From: Candidatus Latescibacterota bacterium
GTDB lineage: Bacteria > Latescibacterota > UBA2968
Direction: 5' to 3'
DNA: 64,000 nt
NCBI GenBank assembly: GCA_965222605.1
Contig: OZ244960.1
Coordinates: forward strand, 960,001-1,024,000
The notes beneath the pieces were generated by a model. That model did not search any database and was not told the origin of the DNA. It saw nothing but the letters and a program-made list of their open reading frames with translations. Below, one piece after another: positions 1 to 10,049 of this stretch. Within the stretch, counting starts at the first letter, position 1. Each line of letters begins with the position of its first letter. A program made the position numbers and the translations under genes.

Positions 1-115
1 AAAAACATATCCAAAACGCAACGCTGACAAGAGTTTAAAATTGAAGGTTGTAATCGGTATTCTCAAAGCCTTCCAATCACGTCAGGCAGGCACACTCATA
101 ACGGTATAATTGCAA

Positions 116-1210
116 ATGAAGAATCACACAGATAAATTTATGCTGGGCTTCCTTGGTTTTGGCATTTTTCTCTACCTGTTGTCAATGGGCTATGGAGGGG
201 ATCCATCTTCAGATTTTAGGGAAATTTCGTCAAACATAGTTTCAATTCCAGATACTTCAATCGTCCGCCCTTTGGCGGATACGATGGCTGTATTAGACTA
301 TGAAGAGGATCTATCCTCAGATCTTAGTGGAAATCCATCAGACACAGATCCAGATACTTCGTTTTCAGATACTTCGATAGTCCTCCCTTTGGCGGACACG
401 ATGGCGGTATTACAAAGAAAAATATCTCTCGAAAGCTATACACTAAACGAAGCGACCGCGACGCACTGGAAGCTACCCATGCATCTTGAGGAGATCTCCG
501 GTTTGGCAATGACCAGAGACAACCGACTCCTGGCGCACAATGATGAAAAAGGGGTCATTTTCGAGATCGATTATCAGAAGGGGTCAATCGTAAAATCATT
601 CCAACTATCGGACCTGAGGAATCCAGTTGCCAGTGATTTTGAGGGCATTGCACCAATTGACGACCAGATCTATTTGGTCACAAGTTCAGGGCGACTATAC
701 GAGTGTCGTGAGGGAACTGCTGGCGAGTCCGTTCTCTTTAATGTCTATACGACTGGGGTCGGCAGAGATTGCGAAATAGAGGGCCTGGCGTATGACGAGA
801 GCCAGCGGGCACTCTTACTGATGTGCAAGGACGCTCGCAGTGCAGACATGGAGGGAAAGTTGGCAGTATATCATTGGTCAATTGACGAGAAACAGCTAAT
901 TAAAGATGCACATGCTATAATACCTGTCGTTGAATTCTCTCGGCACATCAAGGGAAAGAAATTTCAGCCTTCCGGAATTGAGCGACACCCTGTGTCGGGA
1001 AATTACTTTGTCGTAGCTGCTCGTCAGGGGGCTATTGCGGAAATTACGCCAGGTGGTCAGGTCGTTGCAGTCAGAGAGTTTCCTGCCCAATGGCATCGTC
1101 AGGTTGAAGGTATTACCTTCGCTGCGGACGGCACACTAATCGTTGCCGATGAAGGCGCGGGGAGGAAAGCGAGACTAACCCTTTACCCGATTTCGAGTAG
1201 TCGGCAATAA
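116..1210 (+). CDS. SdiA-regulated/YjiK-like beta-propeller protein with N-terminal membrane anchor
   Basis: N-terminal hydrophobic segment. Repeated EISGL/DFEGI/EIEGL/QPSGI/QVEGI blade motifs. ATG at 116 (ORF track starts at TTG 110). Confidence 0.7.
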   Translation: MKNHTDKFMLGFLGFGIFLYLLSMGYGGDPSSDFREISSNIVSIPDTSIVRPLADTMAVLDYEEDLSSDLSGNPSDTDPDTSFSDTSIVLPLADTMAVLQRKISLESYTLNEATATHWKLPMHLEEISGLAMTRDNRLLAHNDEKGVIFEIDYQKGSIVKSFQLSDLRNPVASDFEGIAPIDDQIYLVTSSGRLYECREGTAGESVLFNVYTTGVGRDCEIEGLAYDESQRALLLMCKDARSADMEGKLAVYHWSIDEKQLIKDAHAIIPVVEFSRHIKGKKFQPSGIERHPVSGNYFVVAARQGAIAEITPGGQVVAVREFPAQWHRQVEGITFAADGTLIVADEGAGRKARLTLYPISSSRQ

Positions 1211-1229
1211 GAAAAAAATAGAACACACA

Positions 1230-2717
1230 ATGGCACATTCAAAACCCAATCTGCTCTACATCCACTCTGACCAGCACGACCCTTATGTGACGGGCTGTTA
1301 TGGCGACAAAGTCGTTCAAACCCCCCATCTCGACAGCCTCGCGGCAAATGGCGTTGTATTTGAAAACTGCTACTGCCCCTCACCGATATGCGTACCCTCG
1401 CGCATGTCCATGTTATCGGGGCGCTATCCCTTTGAAAACGAAGTGTGGACAAACGGGCACATACTCAACTCGAGCATTCCCACATTTGCCCATGCAATGG
1501 GCGCGGGAGGCTATGACCCCGTACTTGTCGGACGCATGCATTCCAATGGGCCAGATCAGCTACACGGATATGCCCAGCGCCTCGTAGGCGATCACGGACC
1601 CAATCATTCCGGTGGCGGCGGCGTCAACCACGGGATGCTCTCAGGCACAGCAGGTCCTGCCCGCGTCAGCCTGACGAAATCGGGTATTGGGCAAAGTGCG
1701 TATCAGGTACACGACGAAGACGTAACCGCAGCAACCGTTGCATACCTCGACCGCCTGGGCGTCAAAAAACGCGCCGGACAACCCGCAGAACCCTTCTCTC
1801 TAACCGTGGGCTTTATGCTGCCCCACCAGCCATTTGTCGCGCGCCGCGCCGACTACAACCGCTACGACGGCCGCGTACCACCCCCCGCCATCTCTGTCCC
1901 CTTCTCAGACGACCTGCATCCCCACATCAAATACTGGCGCGAACGCTGCGGCATTGCAACCGTCACAGAAGCCGAAATCCACCGCGCGCGCACGGCATAC
2001 TGGGCACTTGTGGATCGCATGGATCACATGATCGGACAAATCCTCACAGCCCTCCGCCAAAACGAATTGCTCGAAAACACCCTCATCATTTACATGTCAG
2101 ACCACGGCGAACAAGCCGGCGAACACGGCCTGTGGTGGAAACAAACCTTCTACGAACACTCCGCCAAAGTACCCGCCATTCTCTCCTGGCCCGGTCACTT
2201 GCCCGAAGGCAAACACTTTGACAACGTCATCTCTTCTCTCGATCTCAACGCCACCATGATCGACGCCCTGCAATGCCCCGAACTCCCCCATTCTCGCGGA
2301 CGGTCGCTCCTGCCCTTGATGCGCAGCGAAAACACATCCTGGGACAACCTCGCCTTCTCCGAATTTTGTCAGGACAGCGCAGGCGGCGGCGGACCCTTTT
2401 CGGCCGAAGGCGTGTACCAGCGCATGATCCGGCAGGACGAATGGAAATTCAATTACTACCACAATCAGCCCTGTCAGCTCTTCAACCTGAAAGAAGACCC
2501 CAACGAATTGCGCGACCGTGCAAACGACCCGTCCTGTCAAAGCCTGATCAAAAATTTCACCGCCCGCATCCTCGACGGCTGGAACCCCGACGCCATCGCA
2601 TCTGAAATCTCCGCCCGAAACAAAGACACCCGCATCCTCGCGACCTGGGCACGCCACACAAAACCCGCAGATACGATCCGCTGGGAATTGCGCCCCGAAA
2701 TGGATTATCTTGAGTAA
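1230..2717 (+). CDS. Sulfatase (choline-sulfatase-like, formylglycine type)
   Basis: N-terminal PNLLYIHSDQH, CxPxR motif (CVPSR) and SDHGE motif. Confidence 0.9.
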   Translation: MAHSKPNLLYIHSDQHDPYVTGCYGDKVVQTPHLDSLAANGVVFENCYCPSPICVPSRMSMLSGRYPFENEVWTNGHILNSSIPTFAHAMGAGGYDPVLVGRMHSNGPDQLHGYAQRLVGDHGPNHSGGGGVNHGMLSGTAGPARVSLTKSGIGQSAYQVHDEDVTAATVAYLDRLGVKKRAGQPAEPFSLTVGFMLPHQPFVARRADYNRYDGRVPPPAISVPFSDDLHPHIKYWRERCGIATVTEAEIHRARTAYWALVDRMDHMIGQILTALRQNELLENTLIIYMSDHGEQAGEHGLWWKQTFYEHSAKVPAILSWPGHLPEGKHFDNVISSLDLNATMIDALQCPELPHSRGRSLLPLMRSENTSWDNLAFSEFCQDSAGGGGPFSAEGVYQRMIRQDEWKFNYYHNQPCQLFNLKEDPNELRDRANDPSCQSLIKNFTARILDGWNPDAIASEISARNKDTRILATWARHTKPADTIRWELRPEMDYLE

Positions 2718-3858
2718 ACAAACCGAACTCACCAGACTCGATTTGGCCTGCTGGGGCGGGTTTATGATGTTTGCCACCAGCGGTGTTGTCACCCCAATAT
2801 GCCTGCCCGAAATATCCAGAACCCTGTCCATCTCCCTCTCTGAAAGCGGCGGTCTGGAAACCGCGCGAACATGTCTTTTGCTCGTCGTCTTAATCCTGTC
2901 CGGCATCCTCGCACGCAAATGGGGCAAAAAACATTTTGTCACCTGGGGGCAATATCTCCTCGCCATCGGCCTTCTCATGATCAGCTATGCCGACAGCTAC
3001 CCCATGCTCATCCTATCCCTCATGGTCACTGGCATTGGCGGTGGATTCACCGAAGCCCTCATCAATCCCCTGATCATGGACATTCATCCCAAAGACTCGG
3101 GCAAATACCTCAACATCACCAACGCCTTTTATCCCATCGGCGTCATGATCTCCGCACTCCTCTTTGGTGAACTTCTGACCCTCGGATATTCCTGGCGGCT
3201 CGTATTCCGCATTGCCGCAGCGGGCGCGCTTTTCATGGGCATCTTATTCCACCTATCGCGTTTTCCCAGACCCATAGCAGATCAGCAATCATCCAAACAC
3301 CTGATTGTACAAATTCTCAAAACGCCCAAATTCTGGCTCTTTGCCATCGCCATATTCTTGGGCGCAGGTGTCGAAGCGGCATTCATATTCTGGAGCCGCA
3401 GTTATGTGGAAATCTACCTGCAAGACATGCCCCGCGCCGGCGCAATCGCAGTCGTCGTCTTTGCGACCACAATGGCACTGGGCCGCTTGCTTTCCGCAAA
3501 ATTGTCTCAGATGATCCGCCTGAAAACCCTGATGCTCGGTTCCGCCATCCTCGGTGTCATCGTCAGTAGCGGCATTCCCTTCTCCGAAAACCTGATCGGA
3601 TTTTATATCCTGCTCCTTTTCGCCGGATTTGCAACCGCCTGCTTTTGGCCCACCATACTCGCCGAAGCCACAGAACACCTGTCCTTTGACACCACCATGC
3701 TCTTTGTCGTACTCGCCTGTTTTGGCATTGCCGGATTTGGCCTCATCCCCTGGATCATGGGCGTCATCGGAGACAGCGCTGGCCTAAAAGCGGGCTTCGC
3801 AGTCATCCCCGGTCTCTTTATCGGTCTGATCGTTGTTCTCGCCATCACAAGGCGTTAA
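2710..3858 (+). CDS. MFS transporter
   Basis: About 12 hydrophobic segments and MFS motif A-like SGILARKWGKK. Overlaps the sulfatase stop, consistent with an operon. Confidence 0.85.
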   Translation: MSKQTELTRLDLACWGGFMMFATSGVVTPICLPEISRTLSISLSESGGLETARTCLLLVVLILSGILARKWGKKHFVTWGQYLLAIGLLMISYADSYPMLILSLMVTGIGGGFTEALINPLIMDIHPKDSGKYLNITNAFYPIGVMISALLFGELLTLGYSWRLVFRIAAAGALFMGILFHLSRFPRPIADQQSSKHLIVQILKTPKFWLFAIAIFLGAGVEAAFIFWSRSYVEIYLQDMPRAGAIAVVVFATTMALGRLLSAKLSQMIRLKTLMLGSAILGVIVSSGIPFSENLIGFYILLLFAGFATACFWPTILAEATEHLSFDTTMLFVVLACFGIAGFGLIPWIMGVIGDSAGLKAGFAVIPGLFIGLIVVLAITRR

Positions 3859-5382
3859 TCATTCTGGCGGCCAAACTGTTTGTTTGGTATATGCCTCTTT
3901 CAAATCGCGCCAATACCGCCTGCCCTTGTGAACCAGATTTGTCGGCGCAAACCGCTTGTTTAAACCTCTTTCGTGACTCGACCGCCCCGTATCAGTTCGA
4001 TATTGCAACGTGAACCGCATCAATTGTGCGAGCAAATCAAAACGCACATCTGCATACGCTGGATCGGCCCAAACATTTGCGATCTCACCCGGATCATTGC
4101 GGTGATCGTACAACTCTCCCTCATCCAGGCTCCCGTAAAACACCAGCCGAAAATCTCGCGTGCGAATCGCCGACACTTTACCCCCGGGGTTGCCCCAATC
4201 CCACTCGCAAAACGCCGCGTCTTTGCCATCTGCCTTGCCATTCACAACGGGAACCAAATCGCGCCCATCGCGCCCATCGGGAATGGGAATATCGCAGAGC
4301 CGACACAGTGTGGGATACCAATCGACCGATTCGACAATCGCATCACATGTCGCGCCTGAGGGTCCACCCGGATAACGCAATACAAAAGGAATGCGGTGAA
4401 TCGAATCGTAAATCCCAAAATTCTTGTGAAACAACCCGTGATCACCTGCAAAATCCCCGTGATCCGCGCAATACAACACCACGGTATTCTCCAACTCCCC
4501 CACCTCATCCAAATAATCCAGCACCCGACCAATCTCGGAATCAATCGCCGTAATCAGCGCGTAATAACTCGCCAAACAACGCTTCAAGCGATCGGGATTT
4601 GGATCGGCCAGTGGATACCCACACCCATCGGCCAAACGCTTTTGCATAAACTCGGGCTTGCCGGCAAAACGACGCTCAAAATAATCAACCGCACTATTGG
4701 GCAACACCATCTCATCGGGATCGTACATATCAAAATGCTCTGCCGCAGGTGCGATCGGTGCGTGTGGTCTTTGAAAACTCATGTGGAGAAAAAACGGTCG
4801 ATCATCGTCCCGCTCCTTCAAAAACGCCAGCGATTCATTGCCCGTATAATGCTCAATTGAATGTCGATATGGCAATTTGGCCGGCGCACTGCCATCCATC
4901 GTATATTCCTGCCCAGGTCTGGCCGAGCCTTCTTCGTAAAAATCCGATAACCCCAGATCTTCCAGATACTTGAAATAGTGCGTCTCGGTTGGATCCAAAT
5001 GCGTCGCATCGCACAAATCCGTATATCGGATGCGCTCAAAACCATCTTCATCCCAGCGCCGAACCATGTGCGCCTTGCCAATCACAGCCGTCTGATACCC
5101 GTGTCTCCGAAACTGACACGCCAGCGTGTTGGAATTCGCTTCGGGAATCTCCGAATGATCATTGCCGAACATCCGATGCGTGTGGCAATACTGCCCGGTC
5201 ATAAAACAAATCCGCGACGGCGAACAAATCGGATTATTGCAAAAAGCTCGTGTAAACACCACCCCCTCATCCGCAATGCGGTCCATATTTGGGGTCTCGA
5301 CATTTGGATGCGCGGCAAATCCCGCGCAATTGGCATTGTGCTGATCCGACATCAGCCACAACACATTGGGTCTTCGCGCCAT
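3859..5382 (-). CDS. Sulfatase
   Basis: RPNVLWLMSDQH, CSPSR, GKAH and ADHGD motifs. RBS AGGAG upstream. Confidence 0.9.
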   Translation of the reverse strand: MARRPNVLWLMSDQHNANCAGFAAHPNVETPNMDRIADEGVVFTRAFCNNPICSPSRICFMTGQYCHTHRMFGNDHSEIPEANSNTLACQFRRHGYQTAVIGKAHMVRRWDEDGFERIRYTDLCDATHLDPTETHYFKYLEDLGLSDFYEEGSARPGQEYTMDGSAPAKLPYRHSIEHYTGNESLAFLKERDDDRPFFLHMSFQRPHAPIAPAAEHFDMYDPDEMVLPNSAVDYFERRFAGKPEFMQKRLADGCGYPLADPNPDRLKRCLASYYALITAIDSEIGRVLDYLDEVGELENTVVLYCADHGDFAGDHGLFHKNFGIYDSIHRIPFVLRYPGGPSGATCDAIVESVDWYPTLCRLCDIPIPDGRDGRDLVPVVNGKADGKDAAFCEWDWGNPGGKVSAIRTRDFRLVFYGSLDEGELYDHRNDPGEIANVWADPAYADVRFDLLAQLMRFTLQYRTDTGRSSHERGLNKRFAPTNLVHKGRRYWRDLKEAYTKQTVWPPE

Positions 5383-5485
5383 AAATTTCTCCTTTCAAAG
5401 TGTATGTGTTTGCAGACTGTGAGATAAAGCATTAAATTGTCTCTGTTTGATGAAAATGAATCGATCTTTTGCAGAGGAAAACACC

Positions 5486-6835
5486 ATGTTTTTTGACAAC
5501 ATCGCGCTCGGCGTACCCAAAATTTTGCTCCCAAACCCCGAAATCGACTGTAGCAAATGGGCAGTCATAGCCTGTGACCAGTATGTACACGACATATCGT
5601 ATTGGGAAGAAGTCAAAAGCCTCGTGGGAGACACGCCCTCAACCCTGGACCTCATCTATCCCGAAGTCTATCTCTACGACGATGAACACGAAGAACGCAT
5701 TGCCCGCGTTCACAACAACATGAAACGCTTTGTCACCGATGGCATCTTCCGAGACGAAATCGAAGGCTTTTTGCTCGTCAATCGCATCCTCCCCTCGGGA
5801 AAATCGCGCAAAGGACTCGTCGTCACCCTCGATCTCGAGCATTACGACAGCCGCAGCCAGTCCAAAACCCTCATCCGCACAACCGAAGGGACCTATCCCA
5901 AAAATCTCGAAGCGCGTTTCGAAGTTCGGGGCAATGCCTCCCTCGAATCGCCGCATATTTTAGTACTCATCGACGATCCCAAAAAAGAAATTATCGAACC
6001 TCTCTTTGAAGAAGACTATCCAAACATCGTCGATTTTGACCTCATGATGAATGGAGGACAACTTAAATATTATTTAATCGAGAATAAAAAAGACATTGCG
6101 TGCATTGCCCAAAAACTCGCCAAACGCATTGAACCCGATTACATCCATCAAAAGTACGGTGTCAAAAACGAAATACTCCTCTACGCCATGGGCGATGGCA
6201 ACCACTCATTTGCCGCCGCACAAAAAGCATGGAAAAAAATTAAATCAACACTCAATGACAGACAACGCACAACGCGACACCCAGCCAGACATGCCATGGT
6301 CGAATTGATCAACCTGCACGACGACGCGATAGATATAGAGCCAATCCACAGGCTGATCACCCGCGTTGATCCACACACCGCATGCAACACCCTCGTCGCA
6401 TTGCTCAATACATCAGGCACCCACGCGCATCTGGAAAAAGTCTCATCACCCGACGTACAACATCAGCGCACCAAAGCCCTATCATCGGCATCCACCCATT
6501 GCCTTCCCTATCGCGCCGCGGGAAACCTCGGCATACTCGTAATTGAAAACCCATCTCAAAGAACCATACCCGAAACAATGGAAGCCGCGCTCGACCTGTT
6601 CACGCGAGAAGACACCGAAGCCGAAGTCGGATTCATCCACGGCGAAGACGTGATTGACGACCTGGGTAACAAACCCGACGCACTCGGTTTTTACATGCCT
6701 CCCATTTCAAAAAACAGCGTATTCGAGTCCATTGTTCGCTACGGCGCGTATCCTCGCAAATCCATATCTATTGGACACGCCGACGAAAAGCGTTACTATA
6801 TGGAATGCCGAAGCCTTATCCGCACTAAACGATAA
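5486..6835 (+). CDS. DUF1015 family protein
   Basis: KWAVIACDQY, MGDGNHS and KRYYMECR motifs recalled for DUF1015. ATG 5486 follows GAGGA. Confidence 0.8.
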   Translation: MFFDNIALGVPKILLPNPEIDCSKWAVIACDQYVHDISYWEEVKSLVGDTPSTLDLIYPEVYLYDDEHEERIARVHNNMKRFVTDGIFRDEIEGFLLVNRILPSGKSRKGLVVTLDLEHYDSRSQSKTLIRTTEGTYPKNLEARFEVRGNASLESPHILVLIDDPKKEIIEPLFEEDYPNIVDFDLMMNGGQLKYYLIENKKDIACIAQKLAKRIEPDYIHQKYGVKNEILLYAMGDGNHSFAAAQKAWKKIKSTLNDRQRTTRHPARHAMVELINLHDDAIDIEPIHRLITRVDPHTACNTLVALLNTSGTHAHLEKVSSPDVQHQRTKALSSASTHCLPYRAAGNLGILVIENPSQRTIPETMEAALDLFTREDTEAEVGFIHGEDVIDDLGNKPDALGFYMPPISKNSVFESIVRYGAYPRKSISIGHADEKRYYMECRSLIRTKR

Positions 6836-6875
6836 TATATGAGACTTTCAATTGCAATTCGGATGTGGAGAGTGT

Positions 6876-8117
6876 ATGACTGAGATATACGACATGGTCA
6901 TTGTTGGCGCGGGTCCAGCGGGCGCGACAGCAGCGTTATATGCCCATCGCGCGGGACTCAATGTCTGTTTGATAGATAAGGCGCGATTTCCGCGGGATAA
7001 AATCTGCGGCGACGCGCTATCGGGCAAAGTCGTATCGATTTTGCACGAACTCGATTTGTTCGATCAGGTCGCGCGATTGCCGGGTGCGACCATTCGAGAA
7101 GTCGTATTTGGCAGTCCGAATCACGTGGATGCGCGTGTGGATTTGCGACGGTATGACCACCGGGATGGAGCCACGGGCAAAATACTGCCAATGGAAGGAT
7201 TTGTGATCCGGCGCGAAGTACTGGATAATTTTCTCTTCCAAGAAGCGAAAAAAGTTGCGAACACCTGTTATGAGGGATTTGCCGTTAAAGACCTGATGCG
7301 AGAAAACGAGCAAATTGTAGGTGTGCGCGGCGTGGTAGATGGCCGAGAACGAGAAATACAGGCCCGCGTCGTGCTCGGTTGCGATGGTTTCAATTCAATG
7401 GTCGCGCGCAAAGCGGGATTGTACACCCATGAATCTGTGCATTGGGTCGTAGCGATTCGGTGTTATTACGAAAATGTGGCGGAATTGGGGAATCAAATCG
7501 AGTTGCATTTTGTAGATGAAGTCTTGCCGGGTTATTTCTGGATTTTTCCACTGGAAAATGGGACGGCAAATGTGGGCATTGGCATGCGTCACGACGTATT
7601 GAAAAAGCGGCGTGTGGATTTGAAAGTAGCGTTAAATGAAGTAATCAACCGCTCGCCTTACGCCTATCGGTTCAAAGATGCGCGTCCAACAGAAGAACCG
7701 GTGGGATGGAATCTGCCCGTGGGAAGCACCCGCCGGAAAAGTTATGGGAATGGCGTATTGCTTTTGGGCGATGCCGCGGGATTGATCGACCCCTTCACGG
7801 GCGAGGGAATTGGCAATGCGTTATATTCCGCGCGTTTTGCCGTGGATATGGTGCAGGAAGCCATTGCGGCAGATGATTATTCAGCGGCTTTTTTTAAGCG
7901 ATACGAAGACCGATTATGGGATGCAATAGGCGATGAATTGGCGACGAGCACGCGAATGCAAAAATTGGGGCATTGGCGTCCCCTCCTCAATTTTACAATT
8001 CAAAAAGCCGCACACAACGACAAAGTCCGCGATCTAATCTGCGGCATGATGGCCAATGCCGTCCCCAAAAAACAACTTACCAATCCCCTGTTTTATTTAA
8101 AGCTATTGTTCAGTTGA
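6876..8117 (+). CDS. Geranylgeranyl reductase family FAD oxidoreductase
   Basis: GAGPAG, FPRDKICGD, GYFWIFP and GDAAGLIDPFTGEGI motifs. Confidence 0.9.
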   Translation: MTEIYDMVIVGAGPAGATAALYAHRAGLNVCLIDKARFPRDKICGDALSGKVVSILHELDLFDQVARLPGATIREVVFGSPNHVDARVDLRRYDHRDGATGKILPMEGFVIRREVLDNFLFQEAKKVANTCYEGFAVKDLMRENEQIVGVRGVVDGREREIQARVVLGCDGFNSMVARKAGLYTHESVHWVVAIRCYYENVAELGNQIELHFVDEVLPGYFWIFPLENGTANVGIGMRHDVLKKRRVDLKVALNEVINRSPYAYRFKDARPTEEPVGWNLPVGSTRRKSYGNGVLLLGDAAGLIDPFTGEGIGNALYSARFAVDMVQEAIAADDYSAAFFKRYEDRLWDAIGDELATSTRMQKLGHWRPLLNFTIQKAAHNDKVRDLICGMMANAVPKKQLTNPLFYLKLLFS

Positions 8118-8182
8118 ACCATTTGTATTCTCATTGGTCTTTCAAATAAGTCTATTTATTAACTTAAACCAAAAGGTTTGGT

Positions 8183-8215
8183 TGTCATTGCGGCATGGTT
8201 TTAGCCGCAATCCAG
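8183..8215. repeat. REP-like palindrome (GTCATTGCGGC...GCCGCAATCCAG)
   Basis: Inverted repeat ATTGCGGC/GCCGCAAT in intergenic DNA at the left edge of the island. Confidence 0.4.
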
Positions 8216-8296
8216 TCTCCAGCAAGCCCGGCTGGGAAATAAGAACAACAAATGTTAGCTAATTTTTTTGAAATCCCACTCATACCCTAAAAGATC

Positions 8297-9808
8297 ATGA
8301 AACGAATTTTAATATGCTGGATAGGCAACACAGACTTGCAAGCCTCTGAAGGACAAGATGTAGGTGTGGGGCCTATCGCCCAGGCACTGGACACACGCGA
8401 ATTTGATGAAGTCTTTTTTATCACAGATTATAAAGAAGCTCGCGTAAAGCCTTACACCAACTGGATACGAGAAAGAACCCCAACGCCACACCAACTATTT
8501 TATCGACAACTTTCAAGCCCCACCCACTTTGGAGAAATTTACGAGATTGCCGCAAGCATCTGCCAAGAAGCTCTGGACCAATATGGCAATCAAACAGAAC
8601 TGACTTTTCACCTCAGCCCCGGCACGCCAGCAATGGCCGCGGTATGGATCATTCTGGCGAAAACGCGCTTTCCCGCTGAATTGATCGAGTCCTCAAGGGC
8701 GCATGGCGTTCAAACCGCCTCTGTTCCCTTCGATATTTCTGCAGAATTTTTACCTACCCTCCTGCAAAAACCCGATGCAGAACTCCGCTCATTGAGCGAA
8801 GAAAAACCCACTGAATCAGCAAATTTTGAAAACATAATATACAGGAGCCAGGCCATAGCGCGCGTGGTCGAAAAAGCGCGGCGTGCTGCCGTGCGAGATA
8901 TTCCCGTCTTATTTGAAGGTGAGTCCGGCACGGGAAAAGAACTCTTTGCACGCGCCATTCACCAACGCAGCCTGCGAAAGGGGGAATTTATTCCCGTAAA
9001 TTGCGGCGCGATTCATCCCAACCTTGTAGAATCTGAACTGTTTGGGCACAAAAAAGGTGCATTCTCAAATGCCCATGCTGATCGCAAAGGCCACTTTGAA
9101 GAGGCAAATGGCGGTACCATCTTTTTGGATGAAATTGGCGAATTGTCCAAAGATATACAGGTGAAATTATTGCGCGTCTTACAGGAAGGAGAGGTCGTGC
9201 GACTCGGTGAATCCAAACCCAGAAAAGTAGATGTACGCATTGTTGCGGCAACAAATCGAAATCTCATCGAGGAAGTTAGTGAAGGACGGTTCCGCGAAGA
9301 CCTGTTCTATCGGCTTGCAGTGGCCTATCTCAAATTGCCCCCATTGCGCGAACGAGAGGGAGATATGGGTTTGTTGATTAACCATTCGCTCGAACTGATC
9401 AACCGGGAAAATGAAATGCAACCCGGCTACAAACATAAAAAAATTTCCATCGGCGCAAGAAATCTTATTCTGAATCACCATTGGCCTGGCAATATACGCG
9501 AGTTGCAAAACACGCTCAGACGCGCGATGGTGTGGACAGACGAAGAAACCCTTACGCGACAAGACATTGAAGAAGCCCTCTTACCCGCGTTTGGGAAACG
9601 AGACGAAGATATCCTGAATCGCCCCTTTGACGCAGATTTTAGCCTGCCCGATCTGATTGATGAAGTTGCAAAACACTATATTTCTCGCGCACTGAAAGAA
9701 TCCAAAACAAAAACAGAAGCCGCAGAACTCGTGGGCTTACCCAGTTACCAGACCCTCACCAACTGGGCAAAAAAGCACGGTGTAGAAATTGATCTAAACA
9801 GAAAATAG
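8297..9808 (+). CDS. Sigma54-dependent enhancer-binding protein with N-terminal CARF-like (RtcR-related) domain and C-terminal HTH
   Basis: Walker A GESGTGKE, SELFGHKKGAFSNA, TIFLDEIGEL, FREDLFYRL and WPGNIREL motifs. N-terminal ILICWIGNTD...FHLSPGTPAM resembles CARF motifs. C-terminal KTEAAELVGL HTH. Confidence 0.85.
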   Translation: MKRILICWIGNTDLQASEGQDVGVGPIAQALDTREFDEVFFITDYKEARVKPYTNWIRERTPTPHQLFYRQLSSPTHFGEIYEIAASICQEALDQYGNQTELTFHLSPGTPAMAAVWIILAKTRFPAELIESSRAHGVQTASVPFDISAEFLPTLLQKPDAELRSLSEEKPTESANFENIIYRSQAIARVVEKARRAAVRDIPVLFEGESGTGKELFARAIHQRSLRKGEFIPVNCGAIHPNLVESELFGHKKGAFSNAHADRKGHFEEANGGTIFLDEIGELSKDIQVKLLRVLQEGEVVRLGESKPRKVDVRIVAATNRNLIEEVSEGRFREDLFYRLAVAYLKLPPLREREGDMGLLINHSLELINRENEMQPGYKHKKISIGARNLILNHHWPGNIRELQNTLRRAMVWTDEETLTRQDIEEALLPAFGKRDEDILNRPFDADFSLPDLIDEVAKHYISRALKESKTKTEAAELVGLPSYQTLTNWAKKHGVEIDLNRK

Positions 9809-9845
9809 AAAAAATTTAAAAAAAATATCAAATTTTAGAGTACAT

Positions 9846-9861
9846 TGGCACGAAATATGCT
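9846..9861 (+). promoter_or_regulatory. Sigma54 -24/-12 promoter (copy 1)
   Basis: TGGCACGAAATATGCT has GG-N10-GC spacing and lies about 40 bp after the regulator stop. Confidence 0.8.
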
Positions 9862-10049
9862 TAAACAATGAGCGTGACAACAACGTGGACTCCCGCCACC
9901 TGAAGAAATTTCTTGACAAAGCTGCTGTATTAGTAAAAAAATTAGTATCCTGACCCATTCCAAATCGGAGCGCGTTGGATATTCCAAAAGTTTGTCAACC
10001 TCAAGTGTTTCAGACAAACCTGAACGTTTTTTTCAAATTGTGAGAAATT

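Noticed and set aside
2097-2978. 293-aa - strand ORF
   Set aside because: Antisense to the sulfatase and MFS genes; a product of codon bias.
8297-9808. Calling the regulator rtcR
   Set aside because: The architecture is similar, but there is no rtcA or rtcB nearby and the N-terminal motifs differ, so the symbol is withheld.
9868-9903. 11-codon ORF after the first sigma54 promoter
   Set aside because: No SD and too short to support as a leader peptide.
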